A DNA stretch of 64,000 nucleotides from contig CM119372.1 in NCBI GenBank assembly GCA_051294905.1, forward strand, positions 36,086,001 to 36,150,000, read 5' to 3'. Within the stretch, counting starts at the first letter, position 1. Each line of letters starts with the position of its first letter. A program made the translations under genes and the position numbers. The DNA comes from Botryllus schlosseri. Lineage: Eukaryota. The notes beneath the pieces were generated by a model. The model made no database searches. It worked only from the letters and a program-made list of their open reading frames with translations, and was not told where the DNA came from. Below, piece by piece: positions 37,590 through 51,724 of this stretch.

Positions 37590-39418
37590 GGTGTCGATGT
37601 TGCCAGGTACGGCGCATACTCGCCGAGTGGGACAATATCAACAGAAAGACTGGGATCTGCAGGGCGGCGCTGGAGACCCGAAGCCTCAACCAAGATCCCC
37701 GAGGATTAGCCTAAATGCAAAAGGTAAACTTGGAACTCTGAACAAGAGAACTTTGAACTCTGTATGGCGCCAGGAAGAAGCTGCCGCACTTGTGACTGAC
37801 CTCAAACTTGATGCGTTGGCAATCCAAGAACATCGCCAGCACTTCACTGAACCATTCCGCGAAAAAGACGTAGGCGCAGGCATCATCTTGATCGAATCAC
37901 CTGCCAGCCAAGGCGGAGTTGGAGGCGTCGGTCAAATCTTGTCCCAGCGTTTCCACGCTGAGGCGAAGATTTACGTTATAAACAGCCGGATTATCACAGC
38001 CAGCATTCAACTCCGTCGCCGCAAACTGCACCTCGTGTGTGCGTATGGACCAACATTTCCGAACACCACTGCCTACCCAGCTGATACGCTCGCCTTCTAC
38101 GACCAACTAGAAGGCATTCTATCAACCTACCCGCAGCGCAACATAACCATGCTGCTTGGGGACATGAATGCCACGTTGGCCGAGCGCTCGCAGCGAGTTC
38201 GCTTCCCAGTTGGCCACAAGAACAGCAACTCGGAGCATTTTACCAATCTACTCGACCGCTGCGACCTGATTCCTCTCAATGCCAACTTCTCTATGAAGCC
38301 GAAGCGTGGGACGACATTTGACGGTATGCGCCAACGCAACATACGGCTGTATCATATCTGCTGCAATGCTCCCGCATGGCGCCATTTCACGAACTGCCGA
38401 ACGGTGCGCAGCATGCTAACGATCAGGAGTGACCATCGCATGGTGTTGGCCACGCTTCGTGAACGCCTCCAGTTCGTCCCGAAGCGCACACCGAAAGATC
38501 CCCTATCAAATTGGTTCGATCTTAAGGACGCAAATAAGATGAATGTATTTACCATGCACACACTCCACGCCCTCGAGATCCAAAATACTATACCGACCGC
38601 CTTCGCGCCACTTGTAGCAGCAGTCAAGGATGCAGCCCGTGAAACGCTCGGTGAGACCCGTAGCAAGCCACGGCCAAAATTAACCTGGAATCCGACCCGA
38701 CAGTGCTCAGTGCGCGCCGTAACCTCAAGACTCTCAGACGTGGTGCGTACACCTCTGGAACACTGGACGCACATAGCGATGCTAACGAGGCAGCTCTGTA
38801 CCTAACAAACGTTTACGACGAAGCTCGCAAGAAACGAGTCGGAGCTATTGCCCTTTCCGTGGAAAATGAGTTGGAAGCAGGCCGATCAAGAGCAGCCTGG
38901 AAAGCCATCGGTGAACTACTTGTTTTCAAGAGGACCCGTGTGAAGGCCTGTACGGAAGACCTCACAGCACACTTCGAGACCCTGTTATCTACACCTGCAC
39001 CGGACATCGATGTGCTCGTTGCACCGCCTTCACTAGCAGCAAATCCTTTAGCGATCAATACAACCCGGATCACGCAAGGTGAGGTCACGACAGCCATGCG
39101 TGGAGTACCACAATTCAAGGCCACCCGCACGGACGGCATCCCAAGGGCTGCTTACACCTCGGGCGTTGCACCTGTGCTCCTCGACGTCATGAATGGCGTC
39201 CTCGAAGGCGTCCCGGTGCCGTCCGAGTGGCTCGAGAGCGAAATCGTCCCTATCTACAAGAAAGGAGCTGCGAGGGACCCAGCGAACTACAGAGGCATCT
39301 CCCTGATGCAGACCGCTGCCAAGCTGTTCGACCGAGTACTGCTCCGTCGCATACGTGAGTACTGAGTAACTCTCTACCAAATATCCTGACTGCTCAGAAT
39401 GAATTTCGACCATCTCGC
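37590..39418 (+). mobile_element. RTE-like non-LTR retrotransposon: AP endonuclease, linker and start of RT; frameshifted and 3'-truncated
   Basis: APE motifs LGTLNKRTL, DALAIQEHR, GVGGVG, CAYGPT, LLGDMNA, SDHRMV; 1-nt frameshift near 38687; RT start KATRTDGIP, IVPIYKKG..DPANYRGISL, then QNEFRPSR just before homology ends. Markedly GC-richer than its flanks. Confidence 0.88.
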
Positions 39419-39715
39419 GTCGGGGATACCTAAATGCGACCGCGTGCGGCCCTCGAAGTCATATCTTGCGGTCATTGCGACCTGATTTGAGATTTCGGAA
39501 GAACGCTTTGTAAAGCATTTGGAATACTGAAATTGGTTTCAGTTTAAAAATATTATTGGTGTTGTTGTTCAAAATAACCTATTCCGCTTTTGCCAACCTA
39601 CTATTCCTCACTTGCTGACACGCGTTCGGCTATGGTAATAGCATTCCATGGAGTAAGAATTAGCTGATATTAATGGTCAATTGGGCATACTGCGTTGACA
39701 CGCAATGGTCCATAC

Positions 39716-41624
39716 CAGGGCTGTGGAGTCGGAGTCGGAGTCGGTGGAGTCGGAGTCGGGGTAATTTTCGCTTGATGGAGTCGGAGTCGGAGTCGGAGTC
39801 GTGAAAACTATAATAGCTGGAGTCGGAGTCGGAGTCGGAGTCGGTGGAAAAATACTGACTGGAGTCGGAGTCGGAGTTTGTGAGAATGACTATGACTTCG
39901 ACTCCGACTCCGACTCCAACTTCTCTATCATGAAAACATTTGCTTTCAAAGAATTTTCAATAGAATTTTTATGTACCACCAATCACTGTTATTATTAACC
40001 ATACAGATCAGGTGCGGCAGGCCCGTGGCACGCAGGCCAAATTTGGCACACGAGAAGGTTAGGTGTGGCCTGCGAGGTAATTCTCGAAATTATTTACGAC
40101 ATCAGGTACAATTGCAAGACCAACCAAAATTTGATTAGCATGACTGCGATATTTGATGATGACTGAAACAACAGTTCTGACGCATTGACGTATCCAGGGG
40201 CCAGCCACATTTATCCCAGATCTTCGTGTATGACCATAAAGTTGAATATTTCATAGCAGATTTATTTGACTTGATAGAGGCATGTTCAGTTGTTCACTGA
40301 TACCGTCGATTTTGCTATGTCTAAACGTCGAATAATCCTGTCCTTGCCAAATGAGCCCAGTGGTATACAGATGCGACCCCCAATGTATGTTAGCGACATA
40401 TTTATTGATATAGCTATAGCCTAATTCAGTCGTTATCTTGCAAAAAAATTTCGCGCTTCGCGCGACCAGGCCTGATTGCGCACTGCACAGTTGCATGACA
40501 TATTGTTAATATTTTTAGAGCGTATTAATATAAGTCTTGTTTCCAATGTTACCTAATTCGGTTCGCTCCTATCGAAGACTAAAAAAAGGTTATCAACATT
40601 CCAGTTGCCCGCGCAATGGTTCGTAAATCTCAGGTGTCCCTTTCGCCGAAAAAGTTGCCCACCCCAGATATAGATAAAATTGGACATTACTTGCAAATTA
40701 CAACTCAGTTGCAGAGGGGAAGAAAATCGCAGGATGCGTTTTCGCGGTGCAGTCAAAATTGATGCAATTTTTAGAATTATAACATGATACTGTGACAGAG
40801 AAAATGCGTCGGCTGGTTTTGTAAAATTGTAAAAATGATGTAAATATGACCAGACGATGCTACCCACTTGACAAAATTAAAAAAATTTGTAGTGTAGCTT
40901 AGCTGTTTGGGTCGAACAAATGATTGAGAAAGACTGCAAGTCCCAATCCTTGAATACTTGATTAAGTACATGTAGACTAGACATAGGCTATGGTCTTTGA
41001 CTAATTAACTAAATTCCATTTATGACTAATGTCTATTGTTAGTAGTAAGAGTGTTTGTGCTTGTAATCAGGATAGTGTGCAATGACAAAATTAGTAAGTT
41101 CAATTTCTTTATTAGTTGCTGAGTCATACACAAGAGCTACACTTGGATTTTTTATCTACATTTTTATTATACAGGATTGGATATCTGCCATATTTGAATG
41201 ATTCATACATTTCAGGATATTAGAGAGTCCATGTTATAAAAACTTGAATAAGGAAGGATAATTAGCAAATCTTTATTTCATGTTAATTGCATAGTGGATA
41301 ATTCGAGCTGTGCCACAATGAAACAATTTATCATGCCACAGTTAATCATATGTTTGCATAATGTTTAATGGTTGTATGATAGTCATTCAACCGACAATGT
41401 GGCATATAATTTTCGAAGTAAATTGGTGATAATGCTGGAGTCGGAGTCGGGAGTCGGAGTCGGAGTCGGTACGTTTAAAGACCCAGGAGTCGGAGTCGGA
41501 GTCGGAGTCGGTACATTTAAAGACTCAGGAGTCGGAGTCGGAGTCGGAGTCGGTATATTGAAAATGTGTGGAGTCGGAGTCGGAGCCGGAGTCGGTTGTA
41601 AAATTTACCGACTCCGCAGCCCTG
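39716..41624. mobile_element. Non-autonomous hAT element with (GGAGTC)n subterminal arrays
   Basis: TIRs CAGGGCTGTGGAGTCGG / CCGACTCCGCAGCCCTG; perfect TSD GTCCATAC (39708-39715, 41625-41632). Confidence 0.92.
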
Positions 41625-43072
41625 GTCCATACACTGCCATGACCAAGTTGATTAGAAAATGACTTGGAGCTGCCCCACAAGATCAGTATACGAGGAGGTA
41701 GTTTTCCAGCAAGTACCGTGTCGCTAACCCCAATATCGATTTTTACCAGCTGTAAAGTGTTGTCAGCAACCGTGTGCAGCTCATAGTTCAAAATATAACG
41801 GAAGTGATGACCATGATATTTTCGTTGTATTTGTATTTCTTCAATAAAATATTTCTTTTGTGGTAATTATGCCCATCGCCAATGTTAGAGAGCACAGCGT
41901 TGTACTGCTCTCGTATCACACTTGCAAAAAAAGGTTGCATATTATATGACATTTCGGATTAATTTGAGTTTTTTAAGATCCGCCAAATATTTTTTTAAAT
42001 ATCACCGGTCTGCGAGGTGAAAAAGGTTGCGAACCACGGTTTTGACTCTTTCAGTTAGCAGGTTGTATGTTATATGGCATTCTAGTAGGAATACTCTTCA
42101 CACGCAGGTAACGATTGTACGCTGCGATTGTGCGGATAATCAGTAGGGCAAGTTTTTTGTTGCATTCAAATCAGTGGAAAGTTGAATTTATTACTCACAA
42201 AAGTTGCAGTAAAGGGTTGTATTCATTTTTCACAAAAGTTGCACTAAAGAGTTACATTTATGGACAAATACTTGAACTTATTAGGGTATGAGATGCTCGA
42301 ATCGATTCGTATGCAATGCACTGCAGCAAAACTCAGTGTTGGCGACTTCAACGAAATCTATAGCCTGAAAAATCGACCCAGCGAAAATATAATTTTCGGC
42401 GGTCTAGCCTGAATGTACGTCAAATCAGAAAGGACCTGAAATTTAAACGACAGTGAAACAATCAATCGATATACGTACATATAGTGCCAAATAGTTCCAT
42501 TAAAAAGTTAGTTGCATGGCAAATCGAAAACACTTGCAAAAAGTTGCATGAAAATATGATGAAAAGTTGCAATAAGATGCAATATAACATGCACCAAAAC
42601 AGCTGAAAACACTATTCTACATAACTTCTGAGTATTCAGGAAGCTGCCAGAAGCTGTAAAAAAAGTTGCAAAATTTGCAAAAGCCATAATAATCAGTATA
42701 GAGGGTAAACTTGTCCCTCCCCTACATTGTTTCATAGCTCTACCGTAGCACGTAACCGAGTCGACTTTCATGTAACATGTCGTTATGGGAGGGGTTATAA
42801 TATGATTACATTTGGATTATCGGAGTCAGTGCGACAATAGCATATTAGAATTGAGACACGTCCAACTCATGCTGCTCAATATAGAACTGATGTTCTTAAA
42901 GAATGGGTCGCGACCCATGCATGGATAGCGAAGGCCATATTTTTGGGTCGCGACGACATCCGAGAGATCTTTTAATATTTGTTGGATTTATTGCAACGAA
43001 AACATTCTTAACGCGATTTCCTGTGGATAGTTGGTACCTATCCGAGTACACTATGTTGGGTACTATACTTAG

Positions 43073-44040
43073 CAGTGTTGGGATGACGAGTCAGTCTCGA
43101 GTTAACTTTTTTGCGTGACTTGACTTCATTCAAGCCACTTTGCAAAAAAATGACTCGACTTGACTTGACTTGGCGCTTCAGAAATGCGGATTGACTCGTG
43201 ACTCGGAGCAAAATTTACGAGTCAATTTCAAGTCATCAAGTAAACGGTGTCGATTAAATAACTGTATCGTGTGTATGTTTGGATTGTTCGCGATACGTCG
43301 CTGTCACTTGTGAGAGCAACCAGTCATTAACTGGTTGTACGTTTCACTGATCCTCTATTTTGCCATCACAAATAAATTGAACCCAAACGAAATGATCACA
43401 GCTTCCATCGTCGTGGTAATAGTAGAACGATCTCATAGCAACGTATCTCTGTTTCTTAGACGGCTTAGTGCTTAGATTGCGCACTGATCAACTTTACCAA
43501 CCGTCTTGTAAGAATTAAATCAAACGAATATTGTTTATGCGTTTATATTCACACGGATGTGTAGAGATGGTTTGTGTAGTGTACCACATCAATTTGTTTC
43601 AACCTTTCGAGGCTTCGTATTCGATCCTCTTGGCTCATAAAAACATACTATAGCATGTAGCTAGTAGCTATAATTACTCACGTATTTTATTAGCAGTTCT
43701 ACGTGTGTGTGTGAGCGATACACCGCCTTTTTGCATGTACGTTTAACTTTATATTCGTTATATGATTCAAGATGAAAGGCCAATTAATGTCTTTCACATA
43801 GCTATCAAAATGTAATTAATGACTTTGAATCATAACTGATACTTGGAAAAGTCAATATGACTTGACTTGTGACTTGACCCCTGACTTGACTTGACTTGAT
43901 GCGAGTCACCTCCAAAACGAGTGACTTGACTTGACTCGAGTCAAATTCGAAAATCGATTGACTTGACTTGTCTCGAGTCAAAATGTGCATTAACTCGAGA
44001 TGTCTCGTGACTGAAAGATAGTGATTTGATCCCAACACTG
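43073..44040. mobile_element. Non-autonomous hAT-type element with GACTT/GACTC repeats
   Basis: TIRs CAGTGTTGGGAT / ATCCCAACACTG; colinear with 50800-51724; TSD not evident. Confidence 0.85.
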
Positions 44041-44894
44041 AATCCCAATAAGCAAGCCATGTAGAAAAATCGTTACTGCAACATGGCTTGATCTTTGAAA
44101 TGTGCCGACTATTGTATTAGACAAATTGGTTTGAATTCGCGACCAGATTTGTACGATTTTGGTTTTTATGGTCGGAACCAAATATTCTGATTAGACACCA
44201 GTACCATTGCGACCCGGATGGTGAAATATGCTCCTCAATTAATCATTTTATGCGTCAGACATGTTTTGTAGAGCTGCGTTGCGTAGAACAGCTGTTTGTG
44301 CGTTCTATACATCATATACATGCCCGGAATATGCATCATAGTAATATTAGAAATGCATATGTTTTGAAATGCGAGGCTTGGGTCGCCACTATATTGGTCG
44401 AAAAGTTTTCAAAATCACCAGTTTTCTTTCCTGGTGCGGGAGCGTTCAGAATTTTTAAAAGTGTCCTTTTTTCCGGATCTCGAAATATGGTAATCCTAGT
44501 TTTAGGTACCATGACGATGACAGGTCCTGGCCTCCTATGACTCTCTTGACTTGAAATCATGTTTGTATGCTTTGATAATCGTCATATACAATGGAATGGG
44601 GCATGAAGGGCGATGCAAATCTGAATATATATACTATTTCCAAGACCACTCCACTATAACGAAATAAATCGAAATTTCAACTGCAAGATCAGACGGCAAC
44701 TTGATTGAGCTTCCAAAATGACAGTCAGAACATATACAGAAAAAAAGAAGTGAAGCGTCAACTGCGCTTAATTAAATTATCATTTCATTATATGCGGCTG
44801 GTTCTGAAGACGGACCTGCGCAGTCTCTTGGATATTAAGTATGACATGCGGCTTGCTCTTACTCATTGAAACATACTAACTGAACATATATAAC

Positions 44895-46155
44895 CAGAGG
44901 TGGTCAGTAACGAAGTACTTTTTTGAAGTGCTCAAGTAGTTTTATGCTACTTGAGTACTGACTCAAGTGGATCTAATTTCCCGATAATTCTACTTCTACT
45001 TCGTAATATTTTGTGATCTACTTACTTAATTTTCGCTACTTTCAGTTTGTCAGGTAGAGGTGGTTTACTCCTCCAATAAGATAGATAGCCCGAGGAATTT
45101 AGGGTATATGTTTTCACGGAATATCAAAATTTAAATTTTCATAAAAGTTGGGTAAAGAGCAGTATTTTCATCGCGCAGAGCAGACTAATACGATTTCACG
45201 AATACGGATCGGTGAATATAATTTAGGTAGCGGGTTGCGTGGTTCCGTTCACACCGCATTGCCGCCCATATGAAATATGTCATCACAGTAGATATGGCCT
45301 ATCATAGCGTTTGTAACTACCGTTTTACAATCTAGCACTTATCTATCATATCGTAATCTAGCAACCAATGGCGTTTCCTAATCTGGAAAAGTGGACTCTG
45401 ATTCTTAGCTTTACACCTGTTTTAGCAGACCACTGTTGAAACTTTCTGGACGAAAGACATGAAATCTATTTTCCGCTTTTTAGAAGTAGTATATATATTC
45501 ATCTTTCAATTCCCAGTGTCACACTTTAAGTTCTAATTAGTTTCAGTTCTTTTGTCTGGAGAACTTACATGTTGAAGGATAAAAGCAAGTGTGGTAATGC
45601 CTCCAATTTCCGAAAATAAACCTACACTATATGGTATTTTTACGATCAGCAATATTTTTTACTAACGTTTACTAATAGCGCAAAGTATTAAAACCGTATC
45701 CGACACCACTTCTCCGAGTTGCTCTTTGACCAAACTACGGACCTTATAATATGAGGGAGGACACCATACCATGATATTTATAATTCGGGTTGTTCCAGTG
45801 AACAGAGGATTAGTGTCACATTCCCATATCATGCTATCATTTCCATCCCATGATGCGGACGAATGCTTTTGCTGTCGAACATTGGATACCTTCTGAGATG
45901 CATCAATATAAATGAAGCTCTGCACCTTTCGCATAGGTCAATTTGCAGCTTTTGACAGCCTGCGCGAACGAATTACGATCGTTTTCACAACTACTTACTT
46001 TCTTGGGTAGATTTGCAGTCATTCAATTCTACTTCTACGTCAAGTAGTTTTATGCTGCTTTAAAATGACTACTTCTACTCCTACCTGAGTAGATTTTTTC
46101 TTCGATACTTCCACTTCTACTTAAGTAGCTTTCTTGACAACTTTGACCACCTCTG
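44895..46155. mobile_element. Non-autonomous hAT element with CTACTT repeats
   Basis: TIRs CAGAGGTGGTCA / TGACCACCTCTG; perfect TSD TATATAAC. Confidence 0.9.
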
Positions 46156-46421
46156 TATATAACAATTGCCTTCTAAATCTACACCGCCACCATGCATTTG
46201 CTCTCAGCACCCCCTACCGCATACCTTTATAGCCAGCACCCCCAATCGCCCGTTTCATGGCCAGTGCCCCCTTCAGGATCGCGAACGCCGCCTGGGGCGC
46301 TGGCGCCCACTATGGGAACCAATGTTCAACCCCTGTTGACTGCGCGGCACCATATGATCGGACATATAGTTCACGGAATACTGTAGCACTTCGAGTATCC
46401 TGACGGGCGAGTAGCGTAGTG

Positions 46422-47355
46422 GTAGGGGAGATGTGGTACCGATGAGATACTGGGACCGAAAATACTTGAAAAATCCTATGAGATAATCACATGAGTACAG
46501 TACGCGACTTCGTCTACAATGGCATGCTGGCAGAATCTTTCCTCACATGCAAAAAGCTTCGACCTGCGTGGGTTATGGGGTCTGTGACAAATGATTTACG
46601 TTTTAGGGGTTGCAAAGTAAATTTGGATCGACATATACATTTTGCTATATCACCTTCCAGACTAACGAACCCACAATAATTTTTGATGTGAATTATAGGG
46701 TTTGTATTAGGGTATATAATGGCACATATTTTGTAAATCAATACCATCCTCGAGTTGACTATTTTTACTTCAATTACCATATTTATAGGGTGGGGGACAT
46801 ATGGTACCATAGTCAAATCAAGCAAAATAGTTGGATTAACTAATCACTTAACAACAGAAACACGCCTACATATATGGAGGCTCTGAATCGTAGCTACCTG
46901 CGGTGTTTTATTGCTACTACAAGGTCTTTGAAATTTTGTAAGTTTCGGCGGAATCAAAACGTGATTTAATCCCAACATTTGAGTTGATATAATCTAATTT
47001 ATTATTGTAGGTGGCGACGAAACATTCTTCATTGGCATGCTGTGGCTTGGATTATAGTACACAACAAAACGAGTTGAAAAACTTGAATTTTGAGCGTATG
47101 TCTCATAGGTCCCATGGTCGTGTGCCATTGGACCCACCGGATGGGGACCCATGACACGTTCGTTCAAAGAAAAAATTAAACGTTTATAAATATTTTTGGA
47201 AAAGGAGGCTATCCAATATCCATGTAAATGCCTGCGATAGTTAGAGCTTGTATCAAAGTGTTGAGACAGCAAAAGATCTGCTATTCTCGGCTGAAGATGT
47301 GAGGGCCAGAGATAATTTTGCAATTTTTGATCCATCGGTACTACATCTCCCCTAC
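46422..47355. mobile_element. TIR element, possibly pogo/Tc1-mariner derived
   Basis: 23-bp TIRs with one mismatch, GTAGGGGAGATGTGGTACCGATG / CATCGGTACTACATCTCCCCTAC; superfamily is a guess. Confidence 0.6.
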
Positions 47356-47516
47356 ATCACACCACGACAACACAGACGGTCGACTCCGGATTCTCTGCCT
47401 AAGTGTTGGCGGTTTATCTAAAGTCCTAGTCGCAACCAAATCTGGGTAAGATGGGTTCTACGAAAACTGCTGAACGAAAGTAGACGGTGATGTAAATTAA
47501 TTAACTACTGTGGTAT

Positions 47517-49855
47517 TGTGGCGACACCATGCGGCACCACCACTGCGGTTATCGAAGCGTACAGTGCTTTCTCTTATTTTCATGTCGCTTTGTATATAAA
47601 GCCATTGATTGTGTGTTTTCGTCAGTTCGCTCAAGTGCTGCTTACAATAAACTTGTTACCCGCTTAACTGGTGACCCCGACGTGTCCAGAGATCATCCAG
47701 CCCTTGGTCCTCACCTTTACACATGGTTCCGAAGTCATCCGGGGGCTGGAGACCCTGCGGGGACTATCGGCGTCTAAACGCTGCAACAACACCGGACCGT
47801 TACTCAATTCCGCATATCCACGACTTCACCGCTCGCTTAGCAGGGTGTCGCATTTTTTCGAAAGTGGACCTCGTCAGAGGATACCACCAAGTCCCGGTAG
47901 CACCCGCTGACATCCCCAAAACCGCGGTTATCACAGCTTTTGGACTATTCGAGTTCCTTCGCATGCCATTTGGTCTAAAGAACGCCGCCCAGACGTTTCA
48001 ACGACTAATGGACACCGTCTGTCAAGATTTACCATTCGTGTACGTTTATCTCGATGACATCTTGGTAGGTAGCCCAAACTTCGAGACGCATCTCGAGCAT
48101 CTTCGCACCCTCTTTACGAGACTGTGCGATCACGGCTTAATTATCAACAAAGAAAAATGTCAATTTGGGAAGGACAAGCTTGAGTTCTTGGGTCACATCG
48201 TGGACCACCGAGGAATCGAACCCTTGCCGACCAAAGTCGACGCAATCACGCAATTTCCGCCTCCCAAAACCCTCAAAGCTCTGCAAGAATTCAATGGGAT
48301 GATCAACTTCTATCACAGATTCATCCCTGCAATTGCAGACATCATGAGGCCGCTTTATCGTGCGCTGGCCGGCAAGCCACGAAAATTAGTCTGGGACCCC
48401 GAGGTAGAAAAAACTTTGAATGCAGCAAAGGAAGCGTTAGCCAACGCAACAATGTTGCACCATCCAAGATGCGCTGCTAAAACCGCCCTCACTGTCGACG
48501 CTTCACGAACGGCAGTTGGGGGAGTCCTCGAACAACTGGTCGACGGGGAATGGTGTCCTCTGGCCTTTTTCAGTCGGCAGCTTCGTAAGCCTGAGACAAA
48601 ATATAGTGCTTTCGACCGAGAACTCTTGGCGCTACATTTGTGCATCAGGCATTTCCGATATTTCCTAGAGGGACGCCCTTTCACAGCTTTTACCGACCAC
48701 AAGCCGCTCACCTACGCGTTCACGAAACCTTGGTAGCCTTGGTCAGCACGGCAACAGCGGCACCTTTGCGCGATTTCCGAATATACCACGGATGTCCAAC
48801 ACATCAAAGGGAAAAGCAACACGGTCGCGGACGCACTTTCGAGGCCAACGATCGCTACTACCGGCCAACAGCCGACGCTTTTGAACCTAAACCTCGAAAA
48901 CTTAGCTAAAGCACAAGAAACCGACGAGGTACGGGCTTATCGCACTGCGATTACAAACCTACAACTCAGGGACATTCCTATCGGCAACTCGGCAGTCACG
49001 CTGCTATGCGATATCTCCTGCGGACAACCTCGTCCTGTGGTCCCCAAACCTTGGAGAAAAAAAGTTTTCGAAACAATCCACGGGTTGTCACACCCCTCCA
49101 TCCACAAGCAAATGGTTTGGTGGAACGGTTTCACCGACATTTGAAAAGCGCGTTAATGGCCCGTTTGACCGATGCAAACTGGGTGGACCACCTTCCGTGG
49201 GTTTATCTCGGGATCCGGACCGCTCCCAAGGAAGATCTGAAGACCACATCAGCCGAACTGGTTTACGGGACTACACTCAACGTACCTGGTCAGTTTATCT
49301 CTCCGGAAGCCACACAAGAAGCAGAAAAGTTTATGCCGTCGCTGCGAGAAACGCTTCGCAAGTTACTGCCTACGTCAATGTCCGGGCATGGCAATACACG
49401 AGTATTAATTCCAAATTGTTTGACAGATTGCAGTTACGTGTTCGTGCGGCGAGATACACACCGACCTCCACTGACGAAACCGTACGACGGTCCCTTCAAA
49501 GTCCTCGAAAGGACCACAAAGACATTCAAGCTTCAAGTTGGTGGAAGGGAAGAGACGATTTCTATCGACCGTTTGAAACCGGCGCACGTGGACCTCTCCA
49601 TGCCAGTTCCAGTCGCTCAACCGAAGCCACGAGGAAGACCACGACGTCACACTCGGCCTCCGCAACGTTACCAGGCCTGAACTGCCCGCTTCTGGAGGGG
49701 GCTATGTGGCGACCCCATGCGGCACCACCACTGCGGTTATCGAAGCGTACAGTGCTTTCTCTTATTTTCATGTCGCTTTGTATAGAAAGCCATTGATTGT
49801 GTGTTTTCGTCAGTTCGCTAAAGTGCTGCTTACAATAAACTTGTTACCCGCTTAA
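47517..49855 (+). mobile_element. Gypsy/Ty3 LTR retrotransposon (CsRN1-like), internally deleted
   Basis: 151-bp LTRs at 47517-47667 and 49705-49855, 4-bp TSD GTAT, PBS TGGTGACCCCGACGTG (47669-47684), PPT GGAGGGGGCTA; RT (YLDD), RNase H ([17 protein letters not shown]) and partial integrase with GPY/F motif; no gag or protease. Confidence 0.96.
47688..49680 (+). pseudogene. pol: Disrupted pol (RT-RNase H-integrase) of the Gypsy element
   Basis: [14 protein letters not shown]...[15 protein letters not shown]...YVYLDDILV; in-frame TAG at 48734-48736; jump from HGLSHPS to HPQANGLVERFHRHLK near 49098 removes most of the integrase zinc finger and core. Confidence 0.9.
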
Positions 49856-50799
49856 GTATCATAATAAGCGATATCGGTCTGGGGTAAATACTGTAAAATC
49901 AACATAGAGGTAAAGGTTCCACGAACTCTAGAAAACAACGTGCACGCTGAGTGCAAGATTTGGCAAGATGACGACCAAACAAAGAATAGGAGAAACTATC
50001 GGACTTCATGTCGCTGTTGAGTCCGAGGTTCTGGAACGGTATCTAGAAAAAAGGTCAGCACCTTCGACCAGACCCTTACATAACTGCCCAATTGCACCGG
50101 TGGTGACTTTGTTGTTTTGTTATTAACTCCCAACATGCTACTATATGTGGGTGAATTGGCGTCAATTGCTCTGTTTCATTCTAGGCAGTAGCACGTTCCG
50201 ATGCGTCGGATAATTACCTGAGCTTGTCATCCCCGTCGCTGTGCTTACAACATCCTAACAAAAAAAGCCTATAAAAAATCAAGATCTTGGACGAATTCAA
50301 GGAAGAAAAGGAAAAGTGCGAGGATTCCCAAAATATGAATGATCGAAAACCATTAACTGAGGTGGGTGCTGGATTGATAGGCCGCATACTTGGTTGTTTC
50401 GGCATTCTCCTATCTGTTCACTATATCGCATTGTACCTTGTGTGACTTGAGGTGATAAAAATAATAGGACCGCCGATTGTATCATACTCATAATTTGGAT
50501 TCCATAATTTTTGGTATACGATGACCTTGTTAAGCACATTTTTAGCCAAACCCCTCAGCATTCTAATTTTTACACTGGTCTGTGGCGGCATACCGGTTGA
50601 CAACCACTGGCATAACGGTTCATAGCAACGGAGCGCGAGATTCTGCATTTTCGGATAGTAACAATTTTCGATGCTCAGAGCTATTGATATGAAATCACAA
50701 TGAACAATAAAAGCGGTAGATGAAGGATGATGATTTGATGTTGAAGTGGGCTGTCCAGACAGAAGAGGCGTTGTGTTGGGAAAAGCGATTAGTGTGATG

Positions 50800-51724
50800 C
50801 AGTGTTGGGATGACTCGAGTCATGACTTGACTCGAGTCAGACTCGAGTCACCTTTTTCGTATGATTTGACTTGACTCGAGTCACTTTGCTAAAATGACGT
50901 GACTTGACTTGACTCGGCGTATCAGAAATGTGGACTGACTCGTGACTCGGAGCAAAATTCACGAGTCAATTTCAAGTCATCAAGAAATCGGTGTCAATAA
51001 AAATGACTGTATCTTGCATATGTTCGGATCGTTCGCGTAACGCCGGTGTAACCCGTGAGAGCGACCAATCATATGATCCTGCGTTTTACAGAGCCTTCAT
51101 TGTTCTCTCACAAACAAATTGACCACAAACAAAATGATCGAAGCTTACCGTTGTCGTAAACTAGTAAAGTAATTTATGTTCTCTTTTTTTACCTTAACCA
51201 AACCTCTTGTTTTATTGAAATTGAATTCGAATATAGTTTGTATAGTCCTCAACCATTGGCGCAGGCTCGAATTGTATCATATCGATTTGTAAATGGGTAA
51301 TGTATTGCACCCTATCAATTCGTATCTATTCTCTATTCTGGCTGGTAACTATCCACTGAGGTTTAGCAGTTCGACGAATATGTGAACGATACAGCCCCTT
51401 CTTGCAAGTATATTGAACTCTATATTCGTTCATTGGTTCAAAATCCATGACCACTCAATCTGTACTTCAGACGGCTAGCAGAACGCAATGACGTTATCAT
51501 GCCTCATACTCCGAAAAGGCAACTTGACTTGAATTGTGACTTGACTCGTGACTTGACTTGACTTGACTTGACTCGACTTGACTCGAGTCACCTTTGAAAA
51601 TCGAGTGACTTGACTTGACTCGAGTCACCTTTGAAAATCGATTGACTTGACTTGACTCGAGTCAAAATGTGCCAAGACTCGAAATGACTCGTGACTCGAA
51701 GGTAGTGACTTGATCCCAACACTG
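50800..51724. mobile_element. Non-autonomous hAT element with GACTT/GACTC repeats
   Basis: TIRs CAGTGTTGGGAT / ATCCCAACACTG; perfect TSD GTGTGATG. Confidence 0.92.

Noticed and set aside
37590..37730. Possible HDV-like ribozyme at the 5' end of the RTE-like LINE
   Set aside because: I could not assemble the nested double pseudoknot by eye; it needs a descriptor search.
39725..41600. (GGAGTC)n arrays giving GVGVGV/DSDSDS ORFs, superficially CRISPR-like or a repeat protein
   Set aside because: They are hexamer subterminal repeats of a TIR element with an 8-bp TSD; there are no repeat-spacer units or cas genes.
38352..49796. Antisense and alternative-frame ORFs over the LINE and Gypsy elements
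   Set aside because: These are shadow ORFs of GC-rich TE coding sequence.
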